From: the human T2T-CHM13v2.0 reference genome, Homo sapiens
NCBI RefSeq assembly: GCF_009914755.1
Contig: NC_060926.1
Length of the DNA stretch: 64,000 nt
Direction: 5' to 3' (one strand)
This document shows positions 13,431 to 26,470 of the stretch, one piece after another. The translations under genes were made by a program, and so were the position numbers. The notes beneath the pieces are model-generated. The model was given only the letters and a program-made list of their open reading frames with translations, ran no database searches and was not told the DNA's origin. The first letter of the stretch is position 1. The number at the start of each line of letters is the position of its first letter.

Positions 13431-16400
13431 CATTCCCAGAAACTTCTTTGTGAGGTTTGCATTCAAGTCACATAGTTGAACATTCCCTTTCATAGAGCAG
13501 GTTTGAAACACTCTTTTTGTAGTATCTGGATGTGGACATTTGCAGCGCTTTCAGGCCTAAGGTGAAAAAGGAAATATCTTCCCCTGAAAACTAGACAGAA
13601 GCATTCTCAGAAACTTATTTGTGATGTGCGCCCTCAACTAACAGTGTTGAAGCTTTCTTTTGATAGAGCAGTTTTGAAACACTCTTTTTGTAATATCTGC
13701 AAGAGGATATTAGGATAGCTTTGAGGATTTCGTTGGAAACGGGATTGTCTTCATATAAACTCTAGACAGAAGCATTCTCAGAAGCTCCATTGGGATGTTT
13801 CAATTGCAGTCACAGTGTTGAACAGTCCCTTTCATAGAGCAGGTTTGAAACACTCTTTTTGTAGTATCTGGAAGTGGACTTTTGGAGCGCTCTCAGGACT
13901 GCGGTGAAAAAGGAAATATCTTCCAATAAAAGCTAGATAGAAGCAATGTCAGAAACATTTTCATGATGTATCTACTCAGCTAACAGAGTTGAACCTTCCT
14001 TTGAGAGAGCAGTTTTGAAACACTCTTTTTGTGGAATCTGCAAGTGGATATTTGTCTAGCTTTGAGGATTTCGTTGGAAACGGGATTACATATAAAAAGC
14101 AGACAGCAGCATTCCCAGAAACTTCTTTGTGATGTTTGCATTCAAGTCACAGAGTTGAACATTCCCTTTCATAGAGCAGGTTTGAAACACTCTTTTTGTA
14201 GTATCTGGATGTGGACATTTGGAGCGTTTTCAGGCCTATGGTGAAAAAGGAAATATCTTCCCCTGAAAACTAGACAGAAGCATTCTCAGAATCTTATTTG
14301 TGATGTGCGCCCTCAACTAACAGTGTTGAACCTTTCTTTTGATAGAGCAGTTTTGAAACACTCTTTTTGTAAAATCTGCAAGAGGATATTTGGATAGCTT
14401 TGAGGATTTCGTTGGAAACGGGATTGTCTTCATATAAACTCTAGACAGAAGCATTCTCAGAAGCTTCATTGGGATGTTTCAATTGAAGTCACAGTGTTGA
14501 ACAGTCCCTTTCATAGAGCAGGTTTGAAACACTCTTTTTGTAGTATCTGGAAGTTGACATTTGGAGCGCTCTCAGGACTACGGTGAAAAAGGAAATATGT
14601 TCCAATAAAAGCTAGATAGAAGCAATGTCAGAAACTTTTTCATGATGTATCTACTCAGCTAACAGAGTTGAACCTTTCTTTTGAGAGAGCAGTTTTGAAA
14701 CACTCTTTTTGTGGAATCTGGAAGTGGATATTTGTCTAGCTTTGAGGATTTCGTTGGAAACGGGATTACATATAAAAAGCAGACAGCAGCATTCCCAGTA
14801 ACTTCTTTGTGATGTTTGCATTCAAGTCACAGAGTTGAACATTCCCTTTCATAGAGCAGGTTTGAAACACTCTTTTTGTAGTATCTGGATGTGGACATTT
14901 GGAGCGCTTTCAGGCCTATGGTGAAAAAGGAAATATCTTCCCCTGAAAACTAGACAGAAGCATTCTCAGAATCTTATTTGTGATGTGCGCCCTCAACTAA
15001 CAGTGTTGAAGCTTTCTTTTGATAGAGCAGTTTTGAAACACTCTTTTTGTAAAATCTGCAAGAGGATATTTGGATAGCTTTGAGGATTTCGTTGGAAACG
15101 GGATTGTCTTCATATAAACTCTAGACAGAAGCATTCTCAGAAGCTTCATTGGGATGTTTCAATTGAAGTCACAGTGTTGAACAGTTCCTTTCATATAACA
15201 GGTTTGAAACACTCTTTTTGTAGTATCTGGAAGTGTACATTTGGAGCGCTCTCAGGACTATGCTGAAAAAGGAAATATCTTCCAATAAAAGCTACATAGA
15301 AGCAATGTCAGAAACTTTTTCATGATGTATCTACTCAGCTAACAGAGTTGAACCTTTCCTTTGAGAGAGCAGTTTTGAAACACTCTTTTTGTGGAATCTG
15401 CAAGTGGATATTTGTCTAGCTTTGAGGATTTCGTTGGAAACGGGATTACATATAAAAAGCAGACAGCAGCATGCCCAGTAACTTCTTTCTGATGTTTGCA
15501 TTCAAGTCACAGAGTTGAACATTCCCTTTCATAGAGCAGGTTTGAAACACTCTTTTTGTAGTATCTGGATGTGGACATTTGGAGCGCTTTCAGGCCTATG
15601 GTGAAAAAGGAAATATCTTCCCCTGAAAACTAGACAGAAGCATTCTCAGAATCTTATTTGTGATGTGCGCCCTCAACTAACAGTGTTGAAGCTTTCTTTT
15701 GATAGAGCAGTTTTGAAACACTCTTTTTGTAAAATCTGCAAGAGGATATTTGGATAGCTTTGAGGATTTCGTTGGAAACGGGATTGTCTTCATATAAACT
15801 CTAGACAGAAGCATTCTCAGAAGCGTCATTGGGATGTTTCAATTGAAGTCACAGTGTTGAACAGTCCCTTTCATAGAGCAGGTTTGAAACACTCTTTTTG
15901 TAGTATCTGGATGTGGACATTTGGAGCGCTTTCAGGCCTATGGTTTAAAAGGAAATATCTTCCCCTGAAAACTAGACAGAAGCATTCTCAGAAACTTATT
16001 TGTGATGTGCGCCCTCAACTAACAGTGTTGAAGCATTCTTTTGATAGAGCAGTTTTGAAACACTCTTTTTGTGGAATCTGCAAGTGGATATTTGTCTAGC
16101 TTTGAGGATTTCGTTGGAAACGGGATTACATATAAAAAGCAGACAGCAGCATTCCCAGAAACTTCTTTGTTATGTTTGCATTCAAGTCACAGAGTTGAAC
16201 ATTCCCTTTCATAGAGCAGGTTTGAAACACTCTTTTTGTAGTATCTGGATGTGGACATTTGGAGCGCTTTCAGGCCTATGGTGAAAAAGGAAATATCTTC
16301 CCCTGAAAACTAGACAAAAGCATTCTCAGAAACTTATTTGTGATGTGCGCCCTCAACTAACAGTGTTGAACCTTTCTTTTGATAGAGCAGTTTTGAAACA

Positions 16401-16819
16401 CTCTTTTTGTAATATCTGCAAGAGGATATTTGGATAGCTTTGAGGATTTCGTTGGAAACGGGATTGTCTTCATATAAACTCTAGACAGAAGCATTCTCAG
16501 AAGCTTCATTGGGATGTTTCAATTGAAGTCACAGTGTTGAACAGTCCCTTTCATAGAGCAGGTTTGAAACACTCTTTTTGTAGTATCTGGAAGTGGACAT
16601 TTGGAGAAATCTCAGGAATACGGTGATAAAGGAAATATCTTCCAATAAAAGCTAGATAGAAGCAATGTCAGAAACTTTTTCATGATGTATCTACTCAGCT
16701 AACAGAGTTGAACCTTTCTTTTGAGAGAGCAGTTTTGAAACACTCTTTTTGTGGAATCTGCAAGTGGATATTTGTCTAGCTTTGAGGATTTCGTTGGAAA
16801 CGGGATTACATATAAAAAG

Positions 16820-19800
16820 CAGACAGCAGCATTCCCAGAATCTTCTTTGTGATATTTGCATTCAAGTCACAGAGTTCAACATTCCCTTTCAGAGAGCAGG
16901 TTTGAAACACTCTTTTTATAGTATCTGGATGTGGACATTTGGAGCGCTTTCAGGCCTATGGTGAAAAAGGAAATATCTTCTCCTGAAAACTAGACAGAAG
17001 CATTCTCAGAATCTTATTTGTGATGTGCGTCCTCAACTAACAGTGTTGAAGCTTTCTTTTGATAGAGCAGTTTTGAAACACTCTTTTCGTAAAATCTGCA
17101 AGAGGATATTTTGATAGCTTTGAGGATTTCGTTGGAAACGGGATTGTCTTCATATAAACTCTAGACAGAAGCATTCTCAGAAGCTTCATTGGGATGTTTC
17201 AATTGAAGTCCCAGTGTTGAACAGTCCCTTTCATAGAGCAGGTTTGAAACACTCTTTTTGTAGTATCTGGAAGTGGACATTTGGAGAGATCTCAGGAATA
17301 CGGTGATAAAGGAAATATCTTCCAATAAAAGCTAGATAGAAGCAATGTCAGAACCTTTTTCATGATGTATCTACTCAGCTAACAGAGTTGAACCTTTCTT
17401 TTGAGAGAGCAGTTTTGAAACACTCTTTTTGTGGAATCTGCAAGTGGATATTTGTCTAGCTTTGAGGATTTCGTAGGAAACGGGATTACATATAAAAAGC
17501 AGACAGCAGCATTCCCAGAATCTTCTTTGTGATGTTTGCATTCAAGTCACAGAGTTGAACATTCCCTTTCATAGAGCAGGTTTGAAACACTCTTTTTGTA
17601 GTATCTGGATGTGGACATTTGGAGCGCTTTCAGGCCTATGGTGAAAAAGGAAATATCTTCTCCTGAAAACTAGACAGAAGCATTCTCAGAATCTTATTTG
17701 TGATGTGCGCCCTCAACTAACAGTGTTGAAGCTTTCTTTTGATAGAGCAGTTTTGAAACACTCTTTTTGTAAAATCTGCAAGAGGATATTTGGATAGCTT
17801 TGAGGATTTCATTGGAAACGGGATTGTCTTCATATAAACTCTAGACAGAAGCATTCTCAGAAGCTTCATTGGGATGTTTCAGTTGAAGTCACAGTGTTGA
17901 ACAGTCCCTTTCATAGAGCAGGTTTGAAACACTCTTTTTGTAGTATCTGGAAGTTGACATGTGGAGCGCTCTCAGGACTACGGTGAAAAAGGAAATGTCT
18001 TCCAATAAAAGCTAGATAGAAGCAATGTCAGAAACTTTTTCATGATGTATCTACTCAGCTAACAGAGTTGAACCTTTCTTTTGAGAGAGCAGTTTTGAAA
18101 CACTCTTTTTGTGGAATCTGGAAGTGGATATTTGTCTAGCTTTGAGGATTTCGTTGGAAACGGGATTACATATAAAAAGCAGACAGCAGCATTCCCAGTA
18201 ACTTCTTTGTGATGTTTGCATTCAAGTCACAGAGTGGAACATTCCCTTTCATAGAGCAGGTTTGAAACACTCTTTTTGTAGTATCTGGATGTGGACATTT
18301 GGAGCGCTTTCAGGCCTATGGTGAAAAAGGAAATATCTTCCCCTGAAAACTAGACAGAAGCATTCTCAGAATCTTATTTGTGATGTGCGCCCTCAACTAA
18401 CAGTGTTGAAGCTTTCTTTTGATAGAGCAGTTTTGAAACACTCTTTTCGTAAAATGTGCAAGAGGATATTTGGATAGCTTTGAGGATTTCGTTGGAAACG
18501 GGATTGTCTTCATATAAACTCTAGACAGAAGCATTCTCAGAAGCTTCATTGGGATGTTTCAATTGAAGTCACAGTGTTGAACAGTCCCTTTCATAGAGCA
18601 GGTTTGAAACACTCTTTTTGTAGTATCTGGAAGTGGACATTTGGAGCGCTCTCAGGACTGCGGTGAAAAAGGAAATATCTTCCAATAAAAGCTACATAGA
18701 AGCAATGTCAGAAACTTTTTCATGATGTATCTACTCAGCTAACAGAGTTGAACCTTCCTTTGAGAGAGCAGTTTTGAAACACTCTTTTTGTGGAATCTGC
18801 AAGTGGATATTTGTCTAGCTTTGAGGATTTCGTTGGAAACGGGATTACATATAAAAAGCAGACAGCAGCATTCCCAGAAACTTCTTTGTGATGTTTGCAT
18901 TCAAGTCACAGAGTTGAACATTCCCTTTCATAGAGCAGGTTTGAAACACTCTTTTTGTAGTATCTGGATGTGGACATTTGCAGCGCTTTCAGGCCTAAGG
19001 TGAAAAAGGAAATATCTTCCCCTGAAAACTAGACAGCAGCATTCTCAGAAACTTATTTGTGATGTGCGCCCTCAACTAACAGTGTTGAAGCTTTCTTTTG
19101 ATAGAGCAGTTTTGAAACACTCTTTTTGTGGAATCTGCAAGAGGATATTTGTCTAGCTTTGAGGATTTCGTTGGAAACGGGATTACATATAAAAAGCAGA
19201 CAGCAGCATTCCCAGAATCTTCTTTGTGATATTTGCATTCAAGTCACAGAGTTCAACATTCCCTTTCAGAGAGCAGGTTTGAAACACTCTTTTTATAGTA
19301 TCTGGATGTGGACATTTGGAGCGCTTTCAGGCCTATGGTGAAAAAGGAAATATCTTCTCCTGAAAACTAGACAGAAGCATTCTCAGAATCTTATTTGTGA
19401 TGTGCGTCCTCAACTAACAGTGTTGAAGCTTTCTTTTGATAGAGCAGTTTTGAAACACTCTTTTCGTAAAATCTGCAAGAGGATATTTTGATAGCTTTGA
19501 GGATTTCGTTGGAAACGGGATTGTCTTCATATAAACTCTAGACAGAAGCATTCTCAGAAGCTTCATTGGGATGTTTCAATTGAAGTCCCAGTGTTGAACA
19601 GTCCCTTTCATAGAGCAGGTTTGAAACACTCTTTTTGTAGTATCTGGAAGTGGACATTTGGAGAGATCTCAGGAATACGGTGATAAAGGAAATATCTTCC
19701 AATAAAAGCTAGATAGAAGCAATGTCAGAACCTTTTTCATGATGTATCTACTCAGCTAACAGAGTTGAACCTTTCTTTTGAGAGAGCAGTTTTGAAACAC

Positions 19801-21250
19801 TCTTTTTGTGGAATCTGCAAGTGGATATTTGTCTAGCTTTGAGGATTTCGTAGGAAACGGGATTACATATAAAAAGCAGACAGCAGCATTCCCAGAATCT
19901 TCTTTGTGATGTTTGCATTCAAGTCACAGAGTTGAACATTCCCTTTCATAGAGCAGGTTTGAAACACTCTTTTTGTAGTATCTGGATGTGGACATTTGGA
20001 GCGCTTTCAGGCCTATGGTGAAAAAGGAAATATCTTCTCCTGAAAACTAGACAGAAGCATTCTCAGAATCTTATTTGTGATGTGCGCCCTCAACTAACAG
20101 TGTTGAAGCTTTCTTTTGATAGAGCAGTTTTGAAACACTCTTTTTGTAAAATCTGCAAGAGGATATTTGGATAGCTTTGAGGATTTCATTGGAAACGGGA
20201 TTGTCTTCATATAAACTCTAGACAGAAGCATTCTCAGAAGCTTCATTGGGATGTTTCAGTTGAAGTCACAGTGTTGAACAGTCCCTTTCATAGAGCAGGT
20301 TTGAAACACTCTTTTTGTAGTATCTGGAAGTTGACATGTGGAGCGCTCTCAGGACTACGGTGAAAAAGGAAATGTCTTCCAATAAAAGCTAGATAGAAGC
20401 AATGTCAGAAACTTTTTCATGATGTATCTACTCAGCTAACAGAGTTGAACCTTTCTTTTGAGAGAGCAGTTTTGAAACACTCTTTTTGTGGAATCTGGAA
20501 GTGGATATTTGTCTAGCTTTGAGGATTTCGTTGGAAACGGGATTACATATAAAAAGCAGACAGCAGCATTCCCAGTAACTTCTTTGTGATGTTTGCATTC
20601 AAGTCACAGAGTGGAACATTCCCTTTCATAGAGCAGGTTTGAAACACTCTTTTTGTAGTATCTGGATGTGGACATTTGGAGCGCTTTCAGGCCTATGGTG
20701 AAAAAGGAAATATCTTCCCCTGAAAACTAGACAGAAGCATTCTCAGAATCTTATTTGTGATGTGCGCCCTCAACTAACAGTGTTGAAGCTTTCTTTTGAT
20801 AGAGCAGTTTTGAAACACTCTTTTTGTAAAATCTGCAAGAGGATATTTGGATAGCTTTGAGGATTTCGTTGGAAACGGGATTGTCTTCATATAAACTCTA
20901 GACAGAAGCATTCTCAGAAGCTTCATTGGGATGTTTCAATTGAAGTCACAGTGTTGAACAGTCCCTTTCATAGAGCAGGTTTGAAACACTCTTTTTGTAG
21001 TATCTGGAAGTGGACATTTGGAGCGCTCTCAGGACTGCGGTGAAAAAGGAAATATCTTCCAATAAAAGCTACATAGAAGCAATGTCAGAAACTTTTTCAT
21101 GATGTATCTACTCAGCTAACAGAGTTGAACCTTCCTTTGAGAGAGCAGTTTTGAAACACTCTTTTTGTGGAATCTGCAAGTGGATATTTGTCTAGCTTTG
21201 AGGATTTCGTTGGAAACGGGATTACATATAAAAAGCAGACAGCAGCATTC
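16820..21250 (+). repeat. Tandem duplication, 2377-bp (14-monomer) period
   Basis: Markers at offset 2377: gaagtcccagt ~17206/19583, tcgtaggaaa 17471/19848, TTCA box 17807/20184, gacatgtgg ~17956/20333, agagtggaac 18231/20608. Confidence 0.88.
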
Positions 21251-24200
21251 CCAGAAACTTCTTTGTGATGTTTGCATTCAAGTCACAGATTTGAACATTC
21301 CCTTTCATAGAGCAGGTTTGAAACACTCTTTTTGTAGTATCTGGATGTGGACATTTGGAGCGCTTTCAGGCCTATGGTGAAAAAGGAAATATCTTCCCCT
21401 GAAAACTAGACAGAAGCATTCTCAGAATCTTATTTGTGATGTGCGCCCTCAACTAACAGTGTTGAAGCTTTCTTTTGATAGAGCAGTTTTGAAACACTCT
21501 TTTTGTAAAATCTGCAAGAGGATATTTGGATAGCTTTGAGGATTTCGTTGGAAACGGGATTGTCTTCATATAAACTCTAGACAGAAGCATTCTCAGAAGC
21601 TTCATTGGGATGTTTCAGTTGAAGTCACAGTGTTGAACAGTCCCTTTCATAGAGCAGGTTTGAAACAGTCTTTTTGTAGTATCTGGAAGTGGACATTTGG
21701 AGCGCTCTCAGGACTGCGGTGAAAAAGGAAATATCTTCCAATAAAAGCTAGATAGAAGCAATGTCAGAAACTTTTTCATGATGTATCTACTCAGCTAACA
21801 GAGTTGAACCTTCCTTTGAGAGAGCAGTTTTGAAACACTCTTTTTGTGGAATCTGCAAGTGGATATTTGTCTAGCTTTGAGGATTTCGTTGGAAACGGGA
21901 TTACATGTAAAAAGCAGACAGCAGCATTCCCAGAAACTTCTTTGTGATGTTTGCATTCAAGTCACAGAGTTGAACATTCCCTTTCATAGAGCAGGTTTGA
22001 AACACTCTTTTTGTAGTATCTGGATGTGGACATTTGCAGCGCTTTCAGGCCTAAGGTGAAAAAGGAAATATCTTCCCCTGAAAACTAGACAGAAGCATTC
22101 TCAGAAACTTATTTGTGATGTGCGCCCTCAACTAACAGTGTTGAAGCTTTCTTTTGATAGAGCAGTTTTTAAACACTCTTTTTGTGGAATCTGGAAGTGG
22201 ATATTTGTCTAGCTTTGAGGATTTCGTTGGAAACGGGATTACATATAAAAAGCAGACAGCAGCATTCCCAGAATCTTGTTTGTGATGTTTGCATTCAAGT
22301 CACAGAGTTGAACATTCCCTTTCAGAGAGCACGTTTGAAACACTCTTTTTATAGTATCTGGATGTGGACATTTGGAGCGCTTTCAGGCCTATGGTGAAAA
22401 AGGAAATATCTTCTCCTGAAAACTAGACAGAAGCATTCTCAGAATCTTATTTGTGATGTGCGCCCTCAACTAACAGTGTTGAAGCTTTCTTTTGATAGAG
22501 CAGTTTTGAGACACACTTTTCGTAAAATCTGCAAGAGGATATTTTGATAGCTTTGAGGATTTCGTTGGAAACGGGATTGTCTTCATATAAACTCTAGACA
22601 GAAGCATTCTCAGAAGCTTCATTGGGATGTTTCAATTGAAGTCACAGTGTTGAACAGTCCCTTTCATAGAGCAGGTTTGAAACACTCTTTTTGTAGTATC
22701 TGGAAGTGGACATTTGGAGAGATCTCAGGAATACGGTGATAAAGGAAATATCTTCCAATAAAAGCTAGATAGAAGCAATGTCAGAAACTTTTTCATGTTG
22801 TATCTACTCAGCTAACAGAGTTGAACTTTTCTTTTGAGAGAGCAGTTTTGAAACACTCTTTTTGTGGAATCTGGAAGTGGATATTTGTCTAGCTTTGAGG
22901 ATTTCGTTGGAAACGGGATTACATATAAAAAGCAGACAGCAGCATTCCCAGAAACTTCTTTGTGATGTTTGCATTCAAGTCACAGAGTTGAACATTCCCT
23001 TTCATAGAGCAGGTTTGAAACACTCTTTTTGTAGTATCTGGATGTGGACATTTGGAACGCTTTCAGGCCTATGGTGAAAAAGGAAATATCTTCTCCTGAA
23101 AACTAGACAGAAGCATTCTCAGAATCTTATTTGTGATGTGCGCCCTCAACTAACAGTGTTGAAGCTTTCTTTTGATAGAGCAGTTTTGAAACACTCTTTT
23201 TGTAAAATCTGCAAGAGGATATTTGGATAGCTTTGAGGATTTCGTTGGAAACGGGATTGTCTTCATATAAACTCTAGACAGAAGCATTCTCAGAAGCTTC
23301 ATTGGGATGTTTCAGTTGAAGTCACAGTGTTGAACAGTCGCTTTCATAGAGCAGGTTTGAAACACTCTTTTTGTAGTATCTGGATGTGGACATTTGGAGC
23401 GCTTTCAGGCCTATGGTGAAAAAGGAAATATCTTCCCCTGAAAACTAGACAGAAGCATTCTCAGAATCTTATTTGTGATGTGCGCCCTCAACTAACAGTG
23501 TTGAAGCTTTCTTTTGATAGAGCAGTTTTGAAACACTCTTTTTGTAAAATCTGCAAGAGGATATTTGGATAGCTTTGAGGATTTCGTTGGAAACGGGATT
23601 GTCTTCATATAAACTCTAGACAGAAGCATTCTCAGAAGCGTCATTGGGATGTTTCAATTGAAGTCACAGTGTTGAACAGTCCCTTTCATAGAGCAGGTTT
23701 GAAACACTCTTTTTATAGTATCTGGATGTGGACATTTTGAGCGCTTTCAGGCCTATGGTTTAAAAGGAAATATCTTCCCCTGAAAACTAGACAGAAGCAT
23801 TCTCAGAAACTTATTTGTGATGTGCGCCCTCAACTAACAGTATTGAAGCATTCTTTTGATAGAGTAGTTTTGAAACACTCTTTTTGTGGAATCTGCAAGT
23901 GGATATTTGTCTAGCTTTGAGGATTTCGTTGGAAACGGGATTACATATAAAAAGCAGACAGCAGCATTCCCAGAAACTTCTTTGTGATGTTTGCATTCAA
24001 GTCACAGAGTGGAACATTCCCTTTCATAGAGCAGGTTTGAAACACTCTTTTTGTAGTATCTGGATGTGGACATTTGGAGCGCTTTCAGGCCTATGGTGAA
24101 AAAGGAAATATCTTCCCCTGAAAACTAGACAGAAGCATTCTCAGAATCTTATTTGTGATGTGCGCCCTCAACTAACAGTGTTGAAGCTTTCTTTTGATAG

Positions 24201-26470
24201 AGCAGTTTTGAAACACTCTTTTTGTAAAATCTGCAAGAGGATATTTGGATAGCTTTGAGGATTTCGTTGGAAACGGGATTGTCTTCATATAAACTCTAGA
24301 CAGAAGCATTCTCAGAAGCTTCATTGGGATGTTTCAATTGAAGTCACAGTGTTGAACAGTCCCTTTCATAGAGCAGGTTTGAAACACTCTTTTTGTAGTA
24401 TCTGGAAGTGGACATTTGGAGCGCTCTCAGGACTGCGGTGAAAAAGGAAATATCTTCCAATAAAAGCTACATAGAAGCAATGTCAGAAACTTTTTCATGA
24501 TGTATCTACTCAGCTAACAGAGTTGAACCTTCCTTTGAGAGAGCAGTTTTGAAACACTCTTTTTGTGGAATCTGCAAGTGGATATTTGTCTAGCTTTGAG
24601 GATTTCGTTGGAAACGGGATTACATATAAAAAGCAGACAGCAGCATTCCCAGAAACTTCTTTGTGATGTTTGCATTCAAGTCACAGAGTTGAACATTCCC
24701 TTTCATAGAGCAGGTTTGAAACACTCTTTTTGTAGTATCTGGATGTGGACATTTGGAGCGCTTTCAGGCCTATGGTGAAAAAGGAAATATCTTCCCCTGA
24801 AAACTAGACAGAAGCATTCTCAGAATCTTATTTGTGATGTGCGCCCTCAACTAACAGTGTTGAAGCTTTCTTTTGATAGAGCAGTTTTGAAACACTCTTT
24901 TTGTAAAATCTGCAAGCGGATATTTGGATAGCTTTGAGGATTTCGTTGGAAACGGGATTGTATTCATATAAACTCTAGACAGAAGCATTCTCAGAAGCTT
25001 CATTGGGATGTTTCAGTTGAAGTCACAGTGTTGAACAGTCCCTTTCATAGAGCAGGTTTGAAACAGTCTTTTTGTAGTATCTGGAAGTGGACATTTGGAG
25101 CGCTCTCAGGACTGCGGTGAAAAAGGAAATATCTTCCAATAAAAGCTAGATAGAAGCAATGTCAGAAACTTTTTCATGATGTATCTACTCAGCTAACAGA
25201 GTTGAACCTTCCTTTGAGAGAGCAGTTTTGAAACACTCTTTTTGTGGAATCTGCAAGTGGATATTTGTCTAGCTTTGAGGATTTCGTTGGAAACGGGATT
25301 ACATGTAAAAAGCAGACAGCAGCATTCCCAGAAACTTCTTTGTGATGTTTGCATTCAAGTCACAGAGTTGAACATTCCCTTTCATAGAGCAGGTTTGAAA
25401 CACTCTTTTTGTAGTATCTGGATGTGGACATTTGCAGCGCTTTCAGGCCTAAGGTGAAAAAGGAAATATCTTCCCCTGAAAACTAGACAGAAGCATTCTC
25501 AGAAACTTATTTGTGATGTGCGCCCTCAACTAACAGTGTTGAAGCTTTCTTTTGATAGAGCAGTTTTGAAACACTCTTTTTGTGGAATCTGGAAGTGGAT
25601 ATTTGTCTAGCTTTGAGGATTTCGTTGGAAACGGGATTACATATAAAAAGCAGACAGCAGCATTCCCAGAATCTTGTTTGTGATGTTTGCATTCAAGTCA
25701 CAGAGTTGAACATTCCCTTTCAGAGAGCAGGTTTGAAACACTCTTTTTATAGTATCTGGATGTGGACATTTGGAGCGCTTTCAGGCCTATGGTGAAAAAG
25801 GAAATATCTTCTCCTGAAAACTAGACAGAAGCATTCTCAGAATCTTATTTGTGATGTGCGCCCTCAACTAACAGTGTTGAAGCTTTCTTTTGATAGAGCA
25901 GTTTTGAGACACACTTTTCGTAAAATCTGCAAGAGGATATTTTGATAGCTTTGAGGATTTCGTTGGAAACGGGATTGTCTTCATATAAACTCTAGACAGA
26001 AGCATTCTCAGAAGCTTCATTGGGATGTTTCAATTGAAGTCACAGTGTTGAACAGTCCCTTTCATAGAGCAGGTTTGAAACACTCTTTTTGTAGTATCTG
26101 GAAGTGGACATTTGGAGAGATCTCAGGAATACGGTGATAAAGGAAATATCTTCCAATAAAAGCTAGATAGAAGCAATGTCAGAAACTTTTTCATGTTGTA
26201 TCTACTCAGCTAACAGAGTTGAACCTTTCTTTTGAGAGAGCAGTTTTGAAACACTCTTTTTGTGGAATCTGGAAGTGGATATTTGTCTAGCTTTGAGGAT
26301 TTCGTTGGAAACGGGATTACATATAAAAAGCAGACAGCAGCATTCCCAGAAACTTCTTTGTGATGTTTGCATTCAAGTCACAGAGTTGAACATTCCCTTT
26401 CATAGAGCAGGTTTGAAACACTCTTTTTGTAGTATCTGGATGTGGACATTTGGAGCGCTTTCAGGCCTAT
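20570..26470 (+). repeat. Duplicated block at 3398-bp (20-monomer) offset
   Basis: gtggaacatt 20611/24009, ttacatgtaa 21901/25299, gagacacact ~22508/25906, tcatgttg ~22793/26191. ORF-track pairs 21844/25242, 22182/25580 and 22862/26260. Confidence 0.85.

Noticed and set aside
530-13770. Shared markers gaggtttgc and attaggatagc at 551/811 and 13452/13712 suggesting a 12.9-kb super-period
   Set aside because: The match covers only about two monomers and the flanking units differ, so it is a dispersed haplotype fragment and not a long period.
17469-17485. Variant box tttcgtAggaaacggga (also at 19846) as a lost CENP-B site
   Set aside because: The change is at a non-essential position of nTTCGnnnnAnnCGGGn, so it was counted as intact.
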